A DNA stretch of 56,199 nucleotides from a candidate division FCPU426 bacterium (GTDB taxonomy: Bacteria; Oederibacteriota; JAAXVQ01; JAUVAV01): contig DAOWGI010000082.1 of the NCBI GenBank assembly GCA_030637655.1, positions 1 to 56,199 on the forward strand, read 5' to 3'. Numbering within the stretch: position 1 is the stretch's first letter; every line of letters starts with the position of its first letter. The position numbers and the translations under genes are program-made. Positions 18,821-28,758 of the stretch are shown one piece after another. The notes beneath the pieces are model-generated. The model was given only the letters and a program-made list of their open reading frames with translations. It searched no databases and was not told the origin of the DNA.

Positions 18821-19975
18821 TTAGGTCAAATAGGTTCTGTACCGCTTAAGTATGCGCCGGTCCCAACATTGTTTGAGTGTCCGCACCCACTTGCCTTCCA
18901 GTACTGTATTCCCCTTGATCACCAGGGCATTGGCTTTGCCCAGAGAAACAAACTGCACAGGACACTTGCTGCCGGAAACTTCTTGCAAAGGTTTGCTTTG
19001 CAGCGTTGCCAATAAATTTTTTACCAGCACCGGACCTTGCTGCCGGACATTTTGTGTGCTCTGTGAAAATGAGGCGCCTTTGAGCTGGGCGCAATCTCCG
19101 CCGGCGAATATTTCCGCATAATTCTGCGCGCGCAGGCTGGGTTCAACCACCAAGGCGCCATTTTCATTAGTTTCTAAGCCCGCTTGCATAAAAAGATCAA
19201 TGACCCGATTGCCCATAGCCACCACAGCCAAATCAAATTCCAGCGTCTCCCCATAGTCCAACACAATACGGTTGGACTGCACGTGCTGTATTTCACTCTT
19301 GGTTCTGATGGTGACAGCACTGGCCTTTAACATTTTCTCAGCAATAATTACCGCCTTTTTTGGAAATCCGGGCAATACCTTGCTTTGTGCTTCCAGCAAT
19401 GTGATCTTCCAGCCTGGCGCCGGCCGGCGTTCTTCCAGCAAATCGGCGATATTTATTGCATACTCCACGCCTGCCGGACCAGCGCCCAGGACCAGCAGCT
19501 CCAAGATTTTTTTCGGAAAAAGTTCCATGCAGGTCTCAATTTCATTGCGAATCTGCAGTACATTTTTCAATGGCTTGACCGGAAAGCTTCCTTCAGCCGG
19601 CACATCCCCTTCCGGCATTGCCGAGATAGTCCCGCAGGCAAAAGAGACCAGATCAAATTCCAACATCCGTCCAGAGGCAGTCATAACTTTTTTTTGTTGC
19701 GGCAGCAAGGCGGTCACTTCATCTTGAACAAACTCAATTCCGTATTGCTTGGCCAACAGCCGCAGATCAAGATGAAAATCCTTTAAACCATAATAGCCGC
19801 TCAACACTTCTGCGGCCATGCCGGAAAAAAACCAGAACGAATTCACATCCAGTAAAACCAGTTGAGTTTGAAGCGCGTGAAACTTCTTGGCTTGGGTAAT
19901 GACCTGGAGATTCGTCATGCCGGCCCCTACCAAAACTACGGTTTTATTGTAGGTTTCCTGTTTTAGTTGTGCCAT
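18821..19975 (-). CDS. FAD-dependent pyridine nucleotide-disulfide oxidoreductase (NDH-2/AIF-like)
   Basis: VVLVGAG FAD-binding motif, LGAGPAGVE NAD(P)-binding motif, IFAGGDCA. Confidence 0.88.
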   Translation of the reverse strand: MAQLKQETYNKTVVLVGAGMTNLQVITQAKKFHALQTQLVLLDVNSFWFFSGMAAEVLSGYYGLKDFHLDLRLLAKQYGIEFVQDEVTALLPQQKKVMTASGRMLEFDLVSFACGTISAMPEGDVPAEGSFPVKPLKNVLQIRNEIETCMELFPKKILELLVLGAGPAGVEYAINIADLLEERRPAPGWKITLLEAQSKVLPGFPKKAVIIAEKMLKASAVTIRTKSEIQHVQSNRIVLDYGETLEFDLAVVAMGNRVIDLFMQAGLETNENGALVVEPSLRAQNYAEIFAGGDCAQLKGASFSQSTQNVRQQGPVLVKNLLATLQSKPLQEVSGSKCPVQFVSLGKANALVIKGNTVLEGKWVRTLKQCWDRRILKRYRTYLT

Positions 19976-19978
19976 AAC

Positions 19979-21094
19979 TTACTCCTGGTTGGCGGCAATG
20001 CGTCCGCCGCCCAGCAAGCGTTCTTGGTCGTAGATCGCGACAATCTGTCCGGGCGTGACCGCGCGTATTGGTTGCTCAAAATGCAGACTCGCTTCCTGCT
20101 CGTTGCTAAAACGCAAACGTGCCGGCCTGGGAGTTTGGCGATAACGAATCATGGCCTGTACCTCTCCGGCTTTTCGCGGAAGTGTTTCCGGCCAATTCAG
20201 TTCCCTGACATGAACATCACGAGACAGCAACGCCTCATCCGAACCAACGACCACTTGGTTCTCGGTTTTTCGTAAGCGAATCACATACAACGGGTGCGCG
20301 GCTGCCACACCAATGCCGCGGCGCTGTCCAATGGTATAATGCAACAAGCCTTGGTGTTCGCCCACAACACAACCGTTTGTATCCACAATTTCTCCCGGCA
20401 CAAAAGCTTCGGGCACACGTTGGCGTAAAAAATCCGGATAACTTAATTCACGTAAAAAGCAAATCTCATTACTGGTCTCTGAGCGCTCTAAAATCAATCC
20501 TGCTTTTTGCGCTTCAACAGCAATCTCCTGTTTGGTGGTATCACAGAGCGGAAACAGCACTTTGTCAAAACGCGTTTGTGGAACCAGGGAAAGAAAATAG
20601 GTCTGATCCTTGTTCCGGTCTTTGCCCCGGCAAAGATGAATCTCGTCACCCTCTTTTTGCAAACAAGCATAATGACCGGTGGCCAGAGCCTCCGCGCCCA
20701 AGCGGAACGCGTGTTCCAACAGCAATCCGAATTTGACATTCAAATTGCAGATCGCGCAGGGATTGGGCGTAAGGCCCTGGCTGAAATCGCGAATAAAGGG
20801 GTCAATAACCAGGCGTTCAAAATCATCGCGAAAATCCAGAATCTCATGTTGTATGCCAAGTCGTCGCGCAATCCGGGTTGCGTCCAAACAAGCACACGGA
20901 GCAACACCTTGCGAACATCCGGGTTCTTCCAACCCAACCTGTGCTTGGGCGCAGGTTTTGGGAGTCAATGGCAAATCAATTAAATCCGGGCACAAACGCA
21001 TGGTTAATCCCATAACCTCATGTCCGTCCTGTAAATAGCGATGTGCAACAATGGCGGAATCCATGCCGCCGGAAAGCGCAACTGCAATTTTCAT
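19979..21094 (-). CDS. mnmA: tRNA 2-thiouridine(34) synthase MnmA
   Basis: ALSGGMDS, TPNPCAICN, ATGHY, KDQTYFL, YTIGQRRG, AVTPGQ. Confidence 0.97.
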   Translation of the reverse strand: MKIAVALSGGMDSAIVAHRYLQDGHEVMGLTMRLCPDLIDLPLTPKTCAQAQVGLEEPGCSQGVAPCACLDATRIARRLGIQHEILDFRDDFERLVIDPFIRDFSQGLTPNPCAICNLNVKFGLLLEHAFRLGAEALATGHYACLQKEGDEIHLCRGKDRNKDQTYFLSLVPQTRFDKVLFPLCDTTKQEIAVEAQKAGLILERSETSNEICFLRELSYPDFLRQRVPEAFVPGEIVDTNGCVVGEHQGLLHYTIGQRRGIGVAAAHPLYVIRLRKTENQVVVGSDEALLSRDVHVRELNWPETLPRKAGEVQAMIRYRQTPRPARLRFSNEQEASLHFEQPIRAVTPGQIVAIYDQERLLGGGRIAANQE

Positions 21095-21255
21095 CAGTGC
21101 TAACTCCTGGTTTTGTTCAGGGTATAAGAAAAACCATCAGCCGGACGAGCAGTGTATTCTGCGGCCAACGGTTATTTCAACACACATAGTATCTATCTTC
21201 GAATAGAAATTATAACGGGTTTTTCTTTAGAGGCAACCGAATTTTACATAAAAAC

Positions 21256-21483
21256 ATAACATGTCAGTGAAGTGCTGTGTTTTGGCAAATAACCCGGAAA
21301 CATATGGTCTGCTGATTTATTTTTTTCCAAGGGGAAAGCGCGCTCTAACCCAAGCAGGATACGAAATTCTAAATAAGTTATCCGTTCGGCAATTTTGAAT
21401 TTGCACATCCGGAGGCAAGTCGCGTCCCTGGGAAAAAATAAATCAGCAGACCATATGTCTTTCTCGCTTCACTGACATGATAC
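21256..21483. mobile_element. MITE, ATGTCAGTGAA TIR family, with 8-bp target site duplication
   Basis: TIRs ataacatgtcagtgaag / cttcactgacatgatac; ataaaaac duplicated at 21248-21255 and 21484-21491; internal IR catatggtctgctgatttattttt / aaaaataaatcagcagaccatatg. Confidence 0.85.
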
Positions 21484-21498
21484 ATAAAAACACAGACC

Positions 21499-23163
21499 TT
21501 ACTTCTGTTTGTACTCAAGCAGATCCAGTTCTTTCAGGCGCACTTCAATTTCCCGTTTCTCATGCCTATAGGCAGGATATAATCGTAGGGCTTGGCGATA
21601 ATTGTAGGCGGCCTCATCTCTGCGGCTTAAAGCGTGCAATGCTTTGCCGGCCAAGAAGAAGGAACGATAATCCAATGGATTCAGATGGTTGACCTCTTGC
21701 AGCCAGGAGAGACTCTCCTGGTGTTTCCCTTCCTGAAATAGGCGTTGGGCTTCCTGCCGGCCATGCTGATACACCAAATACTCATTGTATTTGCCGGAAA
21801 GCAACAACGGCTCTTCAGCTATGACCTCTTTTTTGTCATACACTGTAAAATCGGAGAGTGAAAAAGGAACAAAACGGCCCAGTTGATGCGGCGAGCGCGA
21901 AATCCAGGCCTTCTGATTTTCCAAATCAAATATCACGGAATGCACACTATTTAAGGTGTTGATCGCCGCCGGATGTCCCAGACCTAAGCGCACCCCAAAT
22001 TCACCGCGCCGATCGCGCAGCACGCCGGCCACCCGGGTTATCGGCAGGGGCGAGGAATGCCGGCGAAGCAATTCCTTAGCCCGGCTTAAACGTGTCAGTG
22101 AGGGACCGCTGTTTCGCACTTCCAGATTGATAGGATCATTCCGTAATTCCGGAGAGACAAAATGATTGCCAACCACAATGTATTGCTTTTGCATCTTACG
22201 GACAATGGTTTTGTCAGGTGTCTTTTCAACAACCACAAAATTGTTCTCCGGTCCGGATCCGATCAGAAAGCTCTCTGCCACCATGCTTTTCGCTGCTTGC
22301 AGGATTTCCACGGCCTCTTTCAGCGTCTTGGCTTGTTCGAGTACTTCCCTGGCCAGCAACATCACCGGCACACCGGACGCCAACGGATGTTGGGTGTGTG
22401 CGGTAAGCAAAGCAATACCCAGCCCTGCTTCATTCATACCACTCAGCACTCCAAAGGATCCCGGCCATGAGACAGCCAGAAAAGACAACCCTTGAGCAGG
22501 CTTTACCAGGAGTACCAGCTTATTTTGATCCCAAATGATTCCGTGCGAAATATCCAGATTATAGGCCAGCAGCGGAGTCTCTTGGTCTACTCTCTCTGCC
22601 AGCAGACCAATCGCGAGGCTTGAAGTTGTGGCCTCTTCCTCCAACGAATGGAGCAAATCATAGAAGGTTTGTGATTGCAGGACCCGGTTGTAAAAAGAAC
22701 CGTACCAGGGATATAAATTCTCAGTGGTTTGTATGTATCCGAAAATTTCTTTTTGAATACCGGGGGACAGATCGCCTATGCTCTCGCTCTGGCGGATAGT
22801 GAGATATCGAATGGCAAGCCAGCGCAGCAAGCTATTGGGTAGTATCCGGTTTAGCCGCTCATGCGCAGCTTGCTCCAGAATCTGGCCGGTTTCCGAAAAA
22901 AAACGTCCCAGGACCGCACCCTGAACCTCCGGAGCTCCGCTTAAAAAACAGGCGGTTAAGCCTTCTCTCTGAAAGGTATAACAATCTTCTATTTTCCGGA
23001 GGCCGGGTTTGGGTTTGCGTATTTTCGCTTTTACCACAACCTCCGCAAGTGAGCTCTGAGGTGGATGCGGCGCAAAAAACATATCCACACCCCAAATCAG
23101 ACACCCTGCGGCAACCATGAATAAACCGAGCATAATCATGGTAATACATTTAAAAACCTTCAT
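21499..23163 (-). CDS. C45-family (Ntn hydrolase/acyltransferase) peptidase-like protein with N-terminal TM anchor and C-terminal TPR
   Basis: VSWPG..GVLSGMNEAG, GNHF, GHPAAIN..HSVIFD motifs; TPR at C-terminus; likely ATG start at 23163. Confidence 0.82.
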   Translation of the reverse strand: MKVFKCITMIMLGLFMVAAGCLIWGVDMFFAPHPPQSSLAEVVVKAKIRKPKPGLRKIEDCYTFQREGLTACFLSGAPEVQGAVLGRFFSETGQILEQAAHERLNRILPNSLLRWLAIRYLTIRQSESIGDLSPGIQKEIFGYIQTTENLYPWYGSFYNRVLQSQTFYDLLHSLEEEATTSSLAIGLLAERVDQETPLLAYNLDISHGIIWDQNKLVLLVKPAQGLSFLAVSWPGSFGVLSGMNEAGLGIALLTAHTQHPLASGVPVMLLAREVLEQAKTLKEAVEILQAAKSMVAESFLIGSGPENNFVVVEKTPDKTIVRKMQKQYIVVGNHFVSPELRNDPINLEVRNSGPSLTRLSRAKELLRRHSSPLPITRVAGVLRDRRGEFGVRLGLGHPAAINTLNSVHSVIFDLENQKAWISRSPHQLGRFVPFSLSDFTVYDKKEVIAEEPLLLSGKYNEYLVYQHGRQEAQRLFQEGKHQESLSWLQEVNHLNPLDYRSFFLAGKALHALSRRDEAAYNYRQALRLYPAYRHEKREIEVRLKELDLLEYKQK

Positions 23164-23316
23164 CCCAACAACCACCAATGCTAAATTTTTCTTGTGTTTT
23201 TCATAGCAGACAATTGTACGTCATCTCTCTGGTCCAGGGCCAGAGTAAAATTATAATATTTTGCCGGTATAGGCTTATTTTGCAACGAAATAGTTAGGCA
23301 CTGTGAAAGTGTAACC

Positions 23317-24594
23317 TTAACGGCGGTCTAATATTAGAAGTGGTTTTGCATACTCATCAATCTTTTGCAAGGATCTGATTTCGGTATCGGACACAAGTCT
23401 GCTCTCTATCTGCAATCCCAGATGTTCATGAATTCGATTAGAAAGCCGTTCTCCCACCTCAGCCTGACCGGCATCCAAGAGGAGTGTTATTTTATCACTA
23501 CCATTTTCCTCTTTCTCCAGTACCATAACATGCGCACGAACCTCCGGATCCCCGTGCACAATACCATGAATGTCCGATGGGAAAACAGCCTGACCGCGAA
23601 TAGTCAAGTGTGTTCTGCGCTGGCTCAAAATCGGACCCAAACGCAAAGTCTTGCGGCCGCAGGTACAGGGGGTGGTTTTAATAAAGGTGAAATCTCCGGT
23701 ACAATAACGCAGCACCGGCATCCCGCTCACACCAAATGGAGTCACACACAATTCTCCCACCTGCCCTTCCGGCACCTGCTTACCGCGATCATCGACAATC
23801 TCGATATGTAAGAGTTCAGGATGCAAATGTCCGCCACAACCGGCCTCACATTCGCTCAAGGAGGTGGACAATTCCGTGCTGCTATAGATCGAGAACAAGG
23901 GCGCTTTCCATATCCGGCTGAGATACGTCCCCAATTCATTTAAAACAAAATTGCACCGGCGTATGGGCTCGTCAATGCACACCACCCGCTGCATATGAAA
24001 ATTCCGGACCTGCTCACCCATCTGCTCAGCTGCCAAGGCAATGGTTTTGAGTTGGGAAGGAATACCCACAATGCAGGTCGGTTTTACTTCACTCAGAAAG
24101 CGAAACATTTGCTCAGGCGCAAGATGCCCCACACGAATAACAGTAGCGCCAATGCGACGCAATCCGAAATAATAGGCCAATCCGGCCATGGTCCCACGGT
24201 CCAGACTTACTGCCAAGGCCACTACATCTTTTTCCGTGATACCAATGATTTTGGCGGAAAGTTGTTCATTGTACGCCAAGCGGGATATATCCGCTTCCGT
24301 GACTTTTATCACACACGGCGTCCCGGCTGTGCCGGAGGTAGTCATAATATCCGCCACTTCTTCCGAACGCACACATAAGAAACGGTCTCCTTCGCGTTGC
24401 AAATCCTCCCGGGAGGTGGTTGCCAGGTGCCGCAAATCGTCCAACGTTTTGATATCCGCCGGCAATATCCTCTCGCGGTCAAACAGGTCGCGATAAAACG
24501 GCGAACGCTGATATATATAATGAATGGTTTTGCGCAATTGCCGGGCTTGGATAATGGAAGTTTCTTCAGAATCAAACATCTCAGTCTTAGCCAT
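23317..24594 (-). CDS. Phenylacetate-CoA ligase family protein
   Basis: TTSGTAG, YSSTE, ECEAGCGGH, GELCVTPFGVSGMPVLRYCTGD, CTCGR. Confidence 0.9.
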   Translation of the reverse strand: MAKTEMFDSEETSIIQARQLRKTIHYIYQRSPFYRDLFDRERILPADIKTLDDLRHLATTSREDLQREGDRFLCVRSEEVADIMTTSGTAGTPCVIKVTEADISRLAYNEQLSAKIIGITEKDVVALAVSLDRGTMAGLAYYFGLRRIGATVIRVGHLAPEQMFRFLSEVKPTCIVGIPSQLKTIALAAEQMGEQVRNFHMQRVVCIDEPIRRCNFVLNELGTYLSRIWKAPLFSIYSSTELSTSLSECEAGCGGHLHPELLHIEIVDDRGKQVPEGQVGELCVTPFGVSGMPVLRYCTGDFTFIKTTPCTCGRKTLRLGPILSQRRTHLTIRGQAVFPSDIHGIVHGDPEVRAHVMVLEKEENGSDKITLLLDAGQAEVGERLSNRIHEHLGLQIESRLVSDTEIRSLQKIDEYAKPLLILDRR

Positions 24595-24666
24595 GCCAGA
24601 ACACCTGATTTCTCTAAAATAAAATTATAAATATTGTAGATTTTCCGCCTGGATATTGTCAACCGA

Positions 24667-26370
24667 TTAAAAAGTCTTGTTGGGCACACTGATTTTTTTT
24701 GTATATTGAAAACCATAGGTGCTGCCCTTGGTTTTTATCCAAACCTGATCCTGATCAGAACCCAGGGACAAGGCTTCCTGCGGCAGCTTGGCCTTGAGTA
24801 CATTTAACAAACAGATCGCTTTTTCAATACCATCCCCACGTTTAAAATTGACCACCTCATCCGGCGTGGCCAACCCGTCTTCATCGTAAATTGATAAGTT
24901 CGGATAAAACGAGAGCGCCTCATACACTTGCTCCGGAGTTTGCTCAGTGAAGACTCTGATGGATACCGGATTTCTTTCTAAACAGGCTTTGAGAAAATAG
25001 TCCCACCCTTTCGCGTCTACCTGCCGGCGCGCATAAAAAGCCAGATCTACCGTGGGATTTTTTTCGCGCAAGCCATTCAAATGTTCGATAATGGTTTCCC
25101 GCGACATGCGCGGATGTATCTGAATAGGTTGCGTAGCAACGTAGATTTTTTCCGGATTAGGCAATCGTGGCTGGGTACAGATAAAGGCTTTCAATTTTTC
25201 ACACAGCGCGTCCAGTTCCGGCAGCTCTGTCAAGCTGTCACGTAGTTCACGGAAATCATCTTCCGTCCGGCAGTGTAAGGGTTTACCATTGAGTCGTTCT
25301 TCAATCATATTAAGCAAAAATCGTTTCGGATTAGGGCAACAGGAAAATTCTTCATTGTCCACTTCTTCCAGGAGTTTCTTGCGGCCGGCATCACCCACTC
25401 GGCATTGACTGCCATGCTCATACCGGTACAGCACTTCAGCCTGTAAATAATGGGTATGCCCCTCGCTCTGAAATTCAAACTGGAAGTATTTCCGGAAACG
25501 CTCATGCACACGCAGAAAATTCGCAAACATCTCAAAATTGACCGGCATGGTCAGATACTGCTGTAAGGATTCGGTAAAACGAGTGTAAGCTTCCTTCCGT
25601 ATGGTGGCTTCCGGGTATTCAATATGTGTATATCCGGTACAATGTCCGACAATAGTAACCTGTTCTTTTTCCAAAGCACGTCTCGCTTTGGTTGACAATT
25701 CGGTCCCATTGAACCACATTTTTTTAGTCACAATACGCCGGTTGTTGGTAATGACTCCCTCTTCCCGCGCCACAAAATTTTGGGAATGCAAAGGTGTGGC
25801 CATAAGAAAAATATCCTCCAAAGGCACCTGCAGCACAATATACAGCGCAGCAGCATATAAAGCAGAGAGCGAAACACATTCGCCGGCCCCTTGCCGATAT
25901 CCGGGCTTGTGGCAAAAAGCATCCATAGCTTCCACGGTCTCGGTTTTCCAATATGGAATTACATCAGAGGTATACTGATCCAAACCAAAATGGCGGCGAA
26001 TGTCCAGATCAAAATAATGCTTATCTCCTGCATAGCCAAAGAGCGCGTTGGAACGGGAAAATATCGCCGGATCCACAAACGATTCAAAACGCTGCAATTC
26101 CCGCGGCTTGCTGGTCAAACCCCAGGTTTCCAAATCCAGATTAAAACTATAATGATCCATAATATATTGCTTCAAACGCTGCATCTGCCGGTTAAAGCTT
26201 AAGGTCTCAACACCTTGAAACCAGGGGTCTTCTTTCCATTTCCAAATACGCGGCGACATGATGTTGGCCAAGACCAGAGCGTATAAGAGCTCGGGAAAGA
26301 TAAACACTTCCATGTCCGACAGCGTAAAGGCGGACGAATATTTTTCCATGGTTTCTTGATCATTCATCAC
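24667..26370 (-). CDS. Conserved hypothetical protein, possible transglutaminase-like fold
   Basis: 567-aa ORF in an operon-like run with 4-bp overlap; GAGECVSLS and LHSQNF motifs. Confidence 0.8.
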   Translation of the reverse strand: MMNDQETMEKYSSAFTLSDMEVFIFPELLYALVLANIMSPRIWKWKEDPWFQGVETLSFNRQMQRLKQYIMDHYSFNLDLETWGLTSKPRELQRFESFVDPAIFSRSNALFGYAGDKHYFDLDIRRHFGLDQYTSDVIPYWKTETVEAMDAFCHKPGYRQGAGECVSLSALYAAALYIVLQVPLEDIFLMATPLHSQNFVAREEGVITNNRRIVTKKMWFNGTELSTKARRALEKEQVTIVGHCTGYTHIEYPEATIRKEAYTRFTESLQQYLTMPVNFEMFANFLRVHERFRKYFQFEFQSEGHTHYLQAEVLYRYEHGSQCRVGDAGRKKLLEEVDNEEFSCCPNPKRFLLNMIEERLNGKPLHCRTEDDFRELRDSLTELPELDALCEKLKAFICTQPRLPNPEKIYVATQPIQIHPRMSRETIIEHLNGLREKNPTVDLAFYARRQVDAKGWDYFLKACLERNPVSIRVFTEQTPEQVYEALSFYPNLSIYDEDGLATPDEVVNFKRGDGIEKAICLLNVLKAKLPQEALSLGSDQDQVWIKTKGSTYGFQYTKKISVPNKTF

Positions 26371-27068
26371 CGCCTGGGACCGCCTCCCCGGCGAGGACGA
26401 CGCGGTTTACGTGGCTGCTTCATTTTCTTTACCTTCCAATGTCCAGCCACCCATACTCCATGACGACTGAAATGCCCTGGCACCCAGAGTTTGCCGGCAG
26501 GCACTGCTTTCCAGCGCCCAATAACCCAGACACCATTTTTATTATAATAGCCTTTAATCCAAGTCTGGTTGGTTTTGGCTTTTAGACGCCAATGGCCCGG
26601 CGCCCACACACCTTTACGATTCCAATGGCCTGGCACCCACACTTTACCTTTGGGCGCTGCTGTGGCCGGACGCCAGTGACCATGTATCCATATCCCGCTA
26701 CGATTCCAGTGACCCGGCGACCAGACCAATCCTTTACGCTTACGTTCACGCCAGCGACCCGGATGCCATCTTCCGCCTGACCGGAAACCTGGTATCCAAA
26801 CCTTGTTTCGCTTCACCACTTTAACCGGTTTCCAGTGACCGGAAATATATTGTTGTTCCTGATTCATATTACCCGGAATCCAAACAAATCCGCCTTTGGT
26901 TTTAGGGCGCCAGAAGCCGGGTGCGACTACTGTTTCGCCGGCTACATAACTCTCTTCCCACCTGTAATCCGGCCCAGGCGCTGCCGGGCGTTCATTTTCC
27001 CGGGCCAATGCAGAAAGCACGCTACCAGCCAGGAACCCAACCACCAATAGATTGATCCATATTTTCAT
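26367..27068 (-). CDS. Secreted YXWGXW/WxxGxW-repeat protein
   Basis: Signal peptide; many W(I/V/S/A)PG(H/F)W units; AGGAGG RBS; basic C-terminal tail. Confidence 0.88.
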   Translation of the reverse strand: MKIWINLLVVGFLAGSVLSALARENERPAAPGPDYRWEESYVAGETVVAPGFWRPKTKGGFVWIPGNMNQEQQYISGHWKPVKVVKRNKVWIPGFRSGGRWHPGRWRERKRKGLVWSPGHWNRSGIWIHGHWRPATAAPKGKVWVPGHWNRKGVWAPGHWRLKAKTNQTWIKGYYNKNGVWVIGRWKAVPAGKLWVPGHFSRHGVWVAGHWKVKKMKQPRKPRRPRRGGGPRR

Positions 27069-27099
27069 AGTCGTTCCTCCTTGTTGTGTATTTCTTCGT

Positions 27100-27972
27100 C
27101 TATGCCTTTACATACCGTTTCATGCGTTGCATATTTTTCAGGTCCGGTCCCAGATCATTAAACCCCGGGGTTTCTAAAATAAATGGCAATTGAGCAAAGG
27201 GTTTATGCTTTAGCATCCGTACCAAACCTGCGCGGCCCACAAATCCCTCACCTAAGTTCTCATGCCGGTCGCGGTGTGATCCGCATAGTTGCTTGGAATC
27301 ATTCAGATGTATGCATCCGATCTTTTGATATCCTATATATTTTTTTATGTCTTGCTCCAACTTTTCAAAACCCTTTTCCCGGGTTAAATCATACCCAGCG
27401 GCAAACAGGTGCGCGGAATCCAGACACACGCCGACTTTGTCACCTAAGGACCGGCTTAAACGCCCGATGGTTTCTAAATCGCCCACACTATTTTTAGTCC
27501 CAGCCATGCCCTCCAGTAAGAGGCGACAGCCTTGAGGTATGTTCGGCAGCAAGGTTCGCAATCCCTTGCGCAGGCGCGCTTCCCCTTGGCCGTCACCCAA
27601 GTCTGAGCCCGGATGCACTACCAAGCTTTGGGCGCCCAAACGTCTTGCTGAGAGCAAATCCCGCTGCAATGATGCTAATGATTTCGCATACACTTCTATT
27701 TTAGGGGAAGCCAAATTGACCAAATAAATCGCATGAATAACCAAGGCCTTAACACCAAGCGCAGCTGCCGCTTCTCGATAGGCGTGAGCTTCGCTCTCTG
27801 TAACCGGACTACTCTGCCAGCCGCGCGGATTGCCGGCAAATATCTGCATACAATTGCATTCCAATTCCTGAGCACGCTTCAGTGTTTTACGTATACCCCC
27901 GGCTGTGGAGATGTGCGCGCCCAGCAGACGTTCAATCTTCTTTTTATTTTTGCCAGGTGTTGCTTCGGGCAT
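27100..27972 (-). CDS. nfo: Endonuclease IV (deoxyribonuclease IV)
   Basis: LGAHIS, QIFAGNPRGW, HAIYLVNLAS, CLDSAHLFAAGYD, HLNDSK, DRHE, LETP; start moved to MPEAT (27972) to avoid overlap. Confidence 0.95.
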   Translation of the reverse strand: MPEATPGKNKKKIERLLGAHISTAGGIRKTLKRAQELECNCMQIFAGNPRGWQSSPVTESEAHAYREAAAALGVKALVIHAIYLVNLASPKIEVYAKSLASLQRDLLSARRLGAQSLVVHPGSDLGDGQGEARLRKGLRTLLPNIPQGCRLLLEGMAGTKNSVGDLETIGRLSRSLGDKVGVCLDSAHLFAAGYDLTREKGFEKLEQDIKKYIGYQKIGCIHLNDSKQLCGSHRDRHENLGEGFVGRAGLVRMLKHKPFAQLPFILETPGFNDLGPDLKNMQRMKRYVKA

Positions 27973-27979
27973 GTTCAGA

Positions 27980-28756
27980 TCACATCCATTCGTAAACTTT
28001 GCAGAACAAGACCAAAATATTTTCAAAATGGTCTTTAAGCCTTTCCACTCGTTTGGCACTGATCCCGCCTTCTGCGTTTAAAAACAATTCTTTGGCAATA
28101 TCAATACGTATCCAGGGTATTTTTTGCTGGGCCTGTACGCGTATTAAATGCCCTCCGGATATCGGGGTATTCAGCAAAACCTGCCCTCGCTCAACAAAAT
28201 CGGAAAATTTGGCAGTCACAATATCCCGCAAATCACAGAGCATGTCCTGTGGACAGGTCAACGGACCTTGACTAAAACCGCTGCCACCCAAAGCATCGCC
28301 ATTGTTGGAAAGACAGATGATGGAACGCGACGGTTTGGCAGCTTCCTGAGTAATAGACGTTGCAGAAAAAACATGGCAATCAACGCCTGCTTTTATTCCG
28401 CCGGATTCCATCACTTTGGTAATAGCGGCATAATAGGTCTGATAGTATTTTGCCAGCATTTGCCGGCGCAAGCTATGAAACAAGCGTCGATCACCGGGAT
28501 AGATCGGATGTCCGTCCGGCAAATATTCGGGCAACGCATCCTCTGCCGGTACATCCAAATGCATTAGCACGGGATGGATATGCGGAACAAGTATGGAATC
28601 CATGCGATGTGACAAAGCAAAAATATCGCCAAGCACGTGTTGCACTTGGTCTGTTTCCCTAAGCTCGGAAATATATCCCATTGCCTTTATTTCTCCAGGT
28701 ATGGCGTGACCTGCTTCCGGCAATGTCAGACATAGTGGAATTAATTTGTGCAGCAT
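27980..28756 (-). CDS. N-formylglutamate amidohydrolase-like protein (divergent)
   Basis: YYQTYY, GVDCH, ICLSNNG, LNTPISGGHLIR, PWIRIDI layout; the first metal-binding His motif appears altered (LPEAG). Confidence 0.7.
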   Translation of the reverse strand: MLHKLIPLCLTLPEAGHAIPGEIKAMGYISELRETDQVQHVLGDIFALSHRMDSILVPHIHPVLMHLDVPAEDALPEYLPDGHPIYPGDRRLFHSLRRQMLAKYYQTYYAAITKVMESGGIKAGVDCHVFSATSITQEAAKPSRSIICLSNNGDALGGSGFSQGPLTCPQDMLCDLRDIVTAKFSDFVERGQVLLNTPISGGHLIRVQAQQKIPWIRIDIAKELFLNAEGGISAKRVERLKDHFENILVLFCKVYEWM

Positions 28757-28758
28757 AC

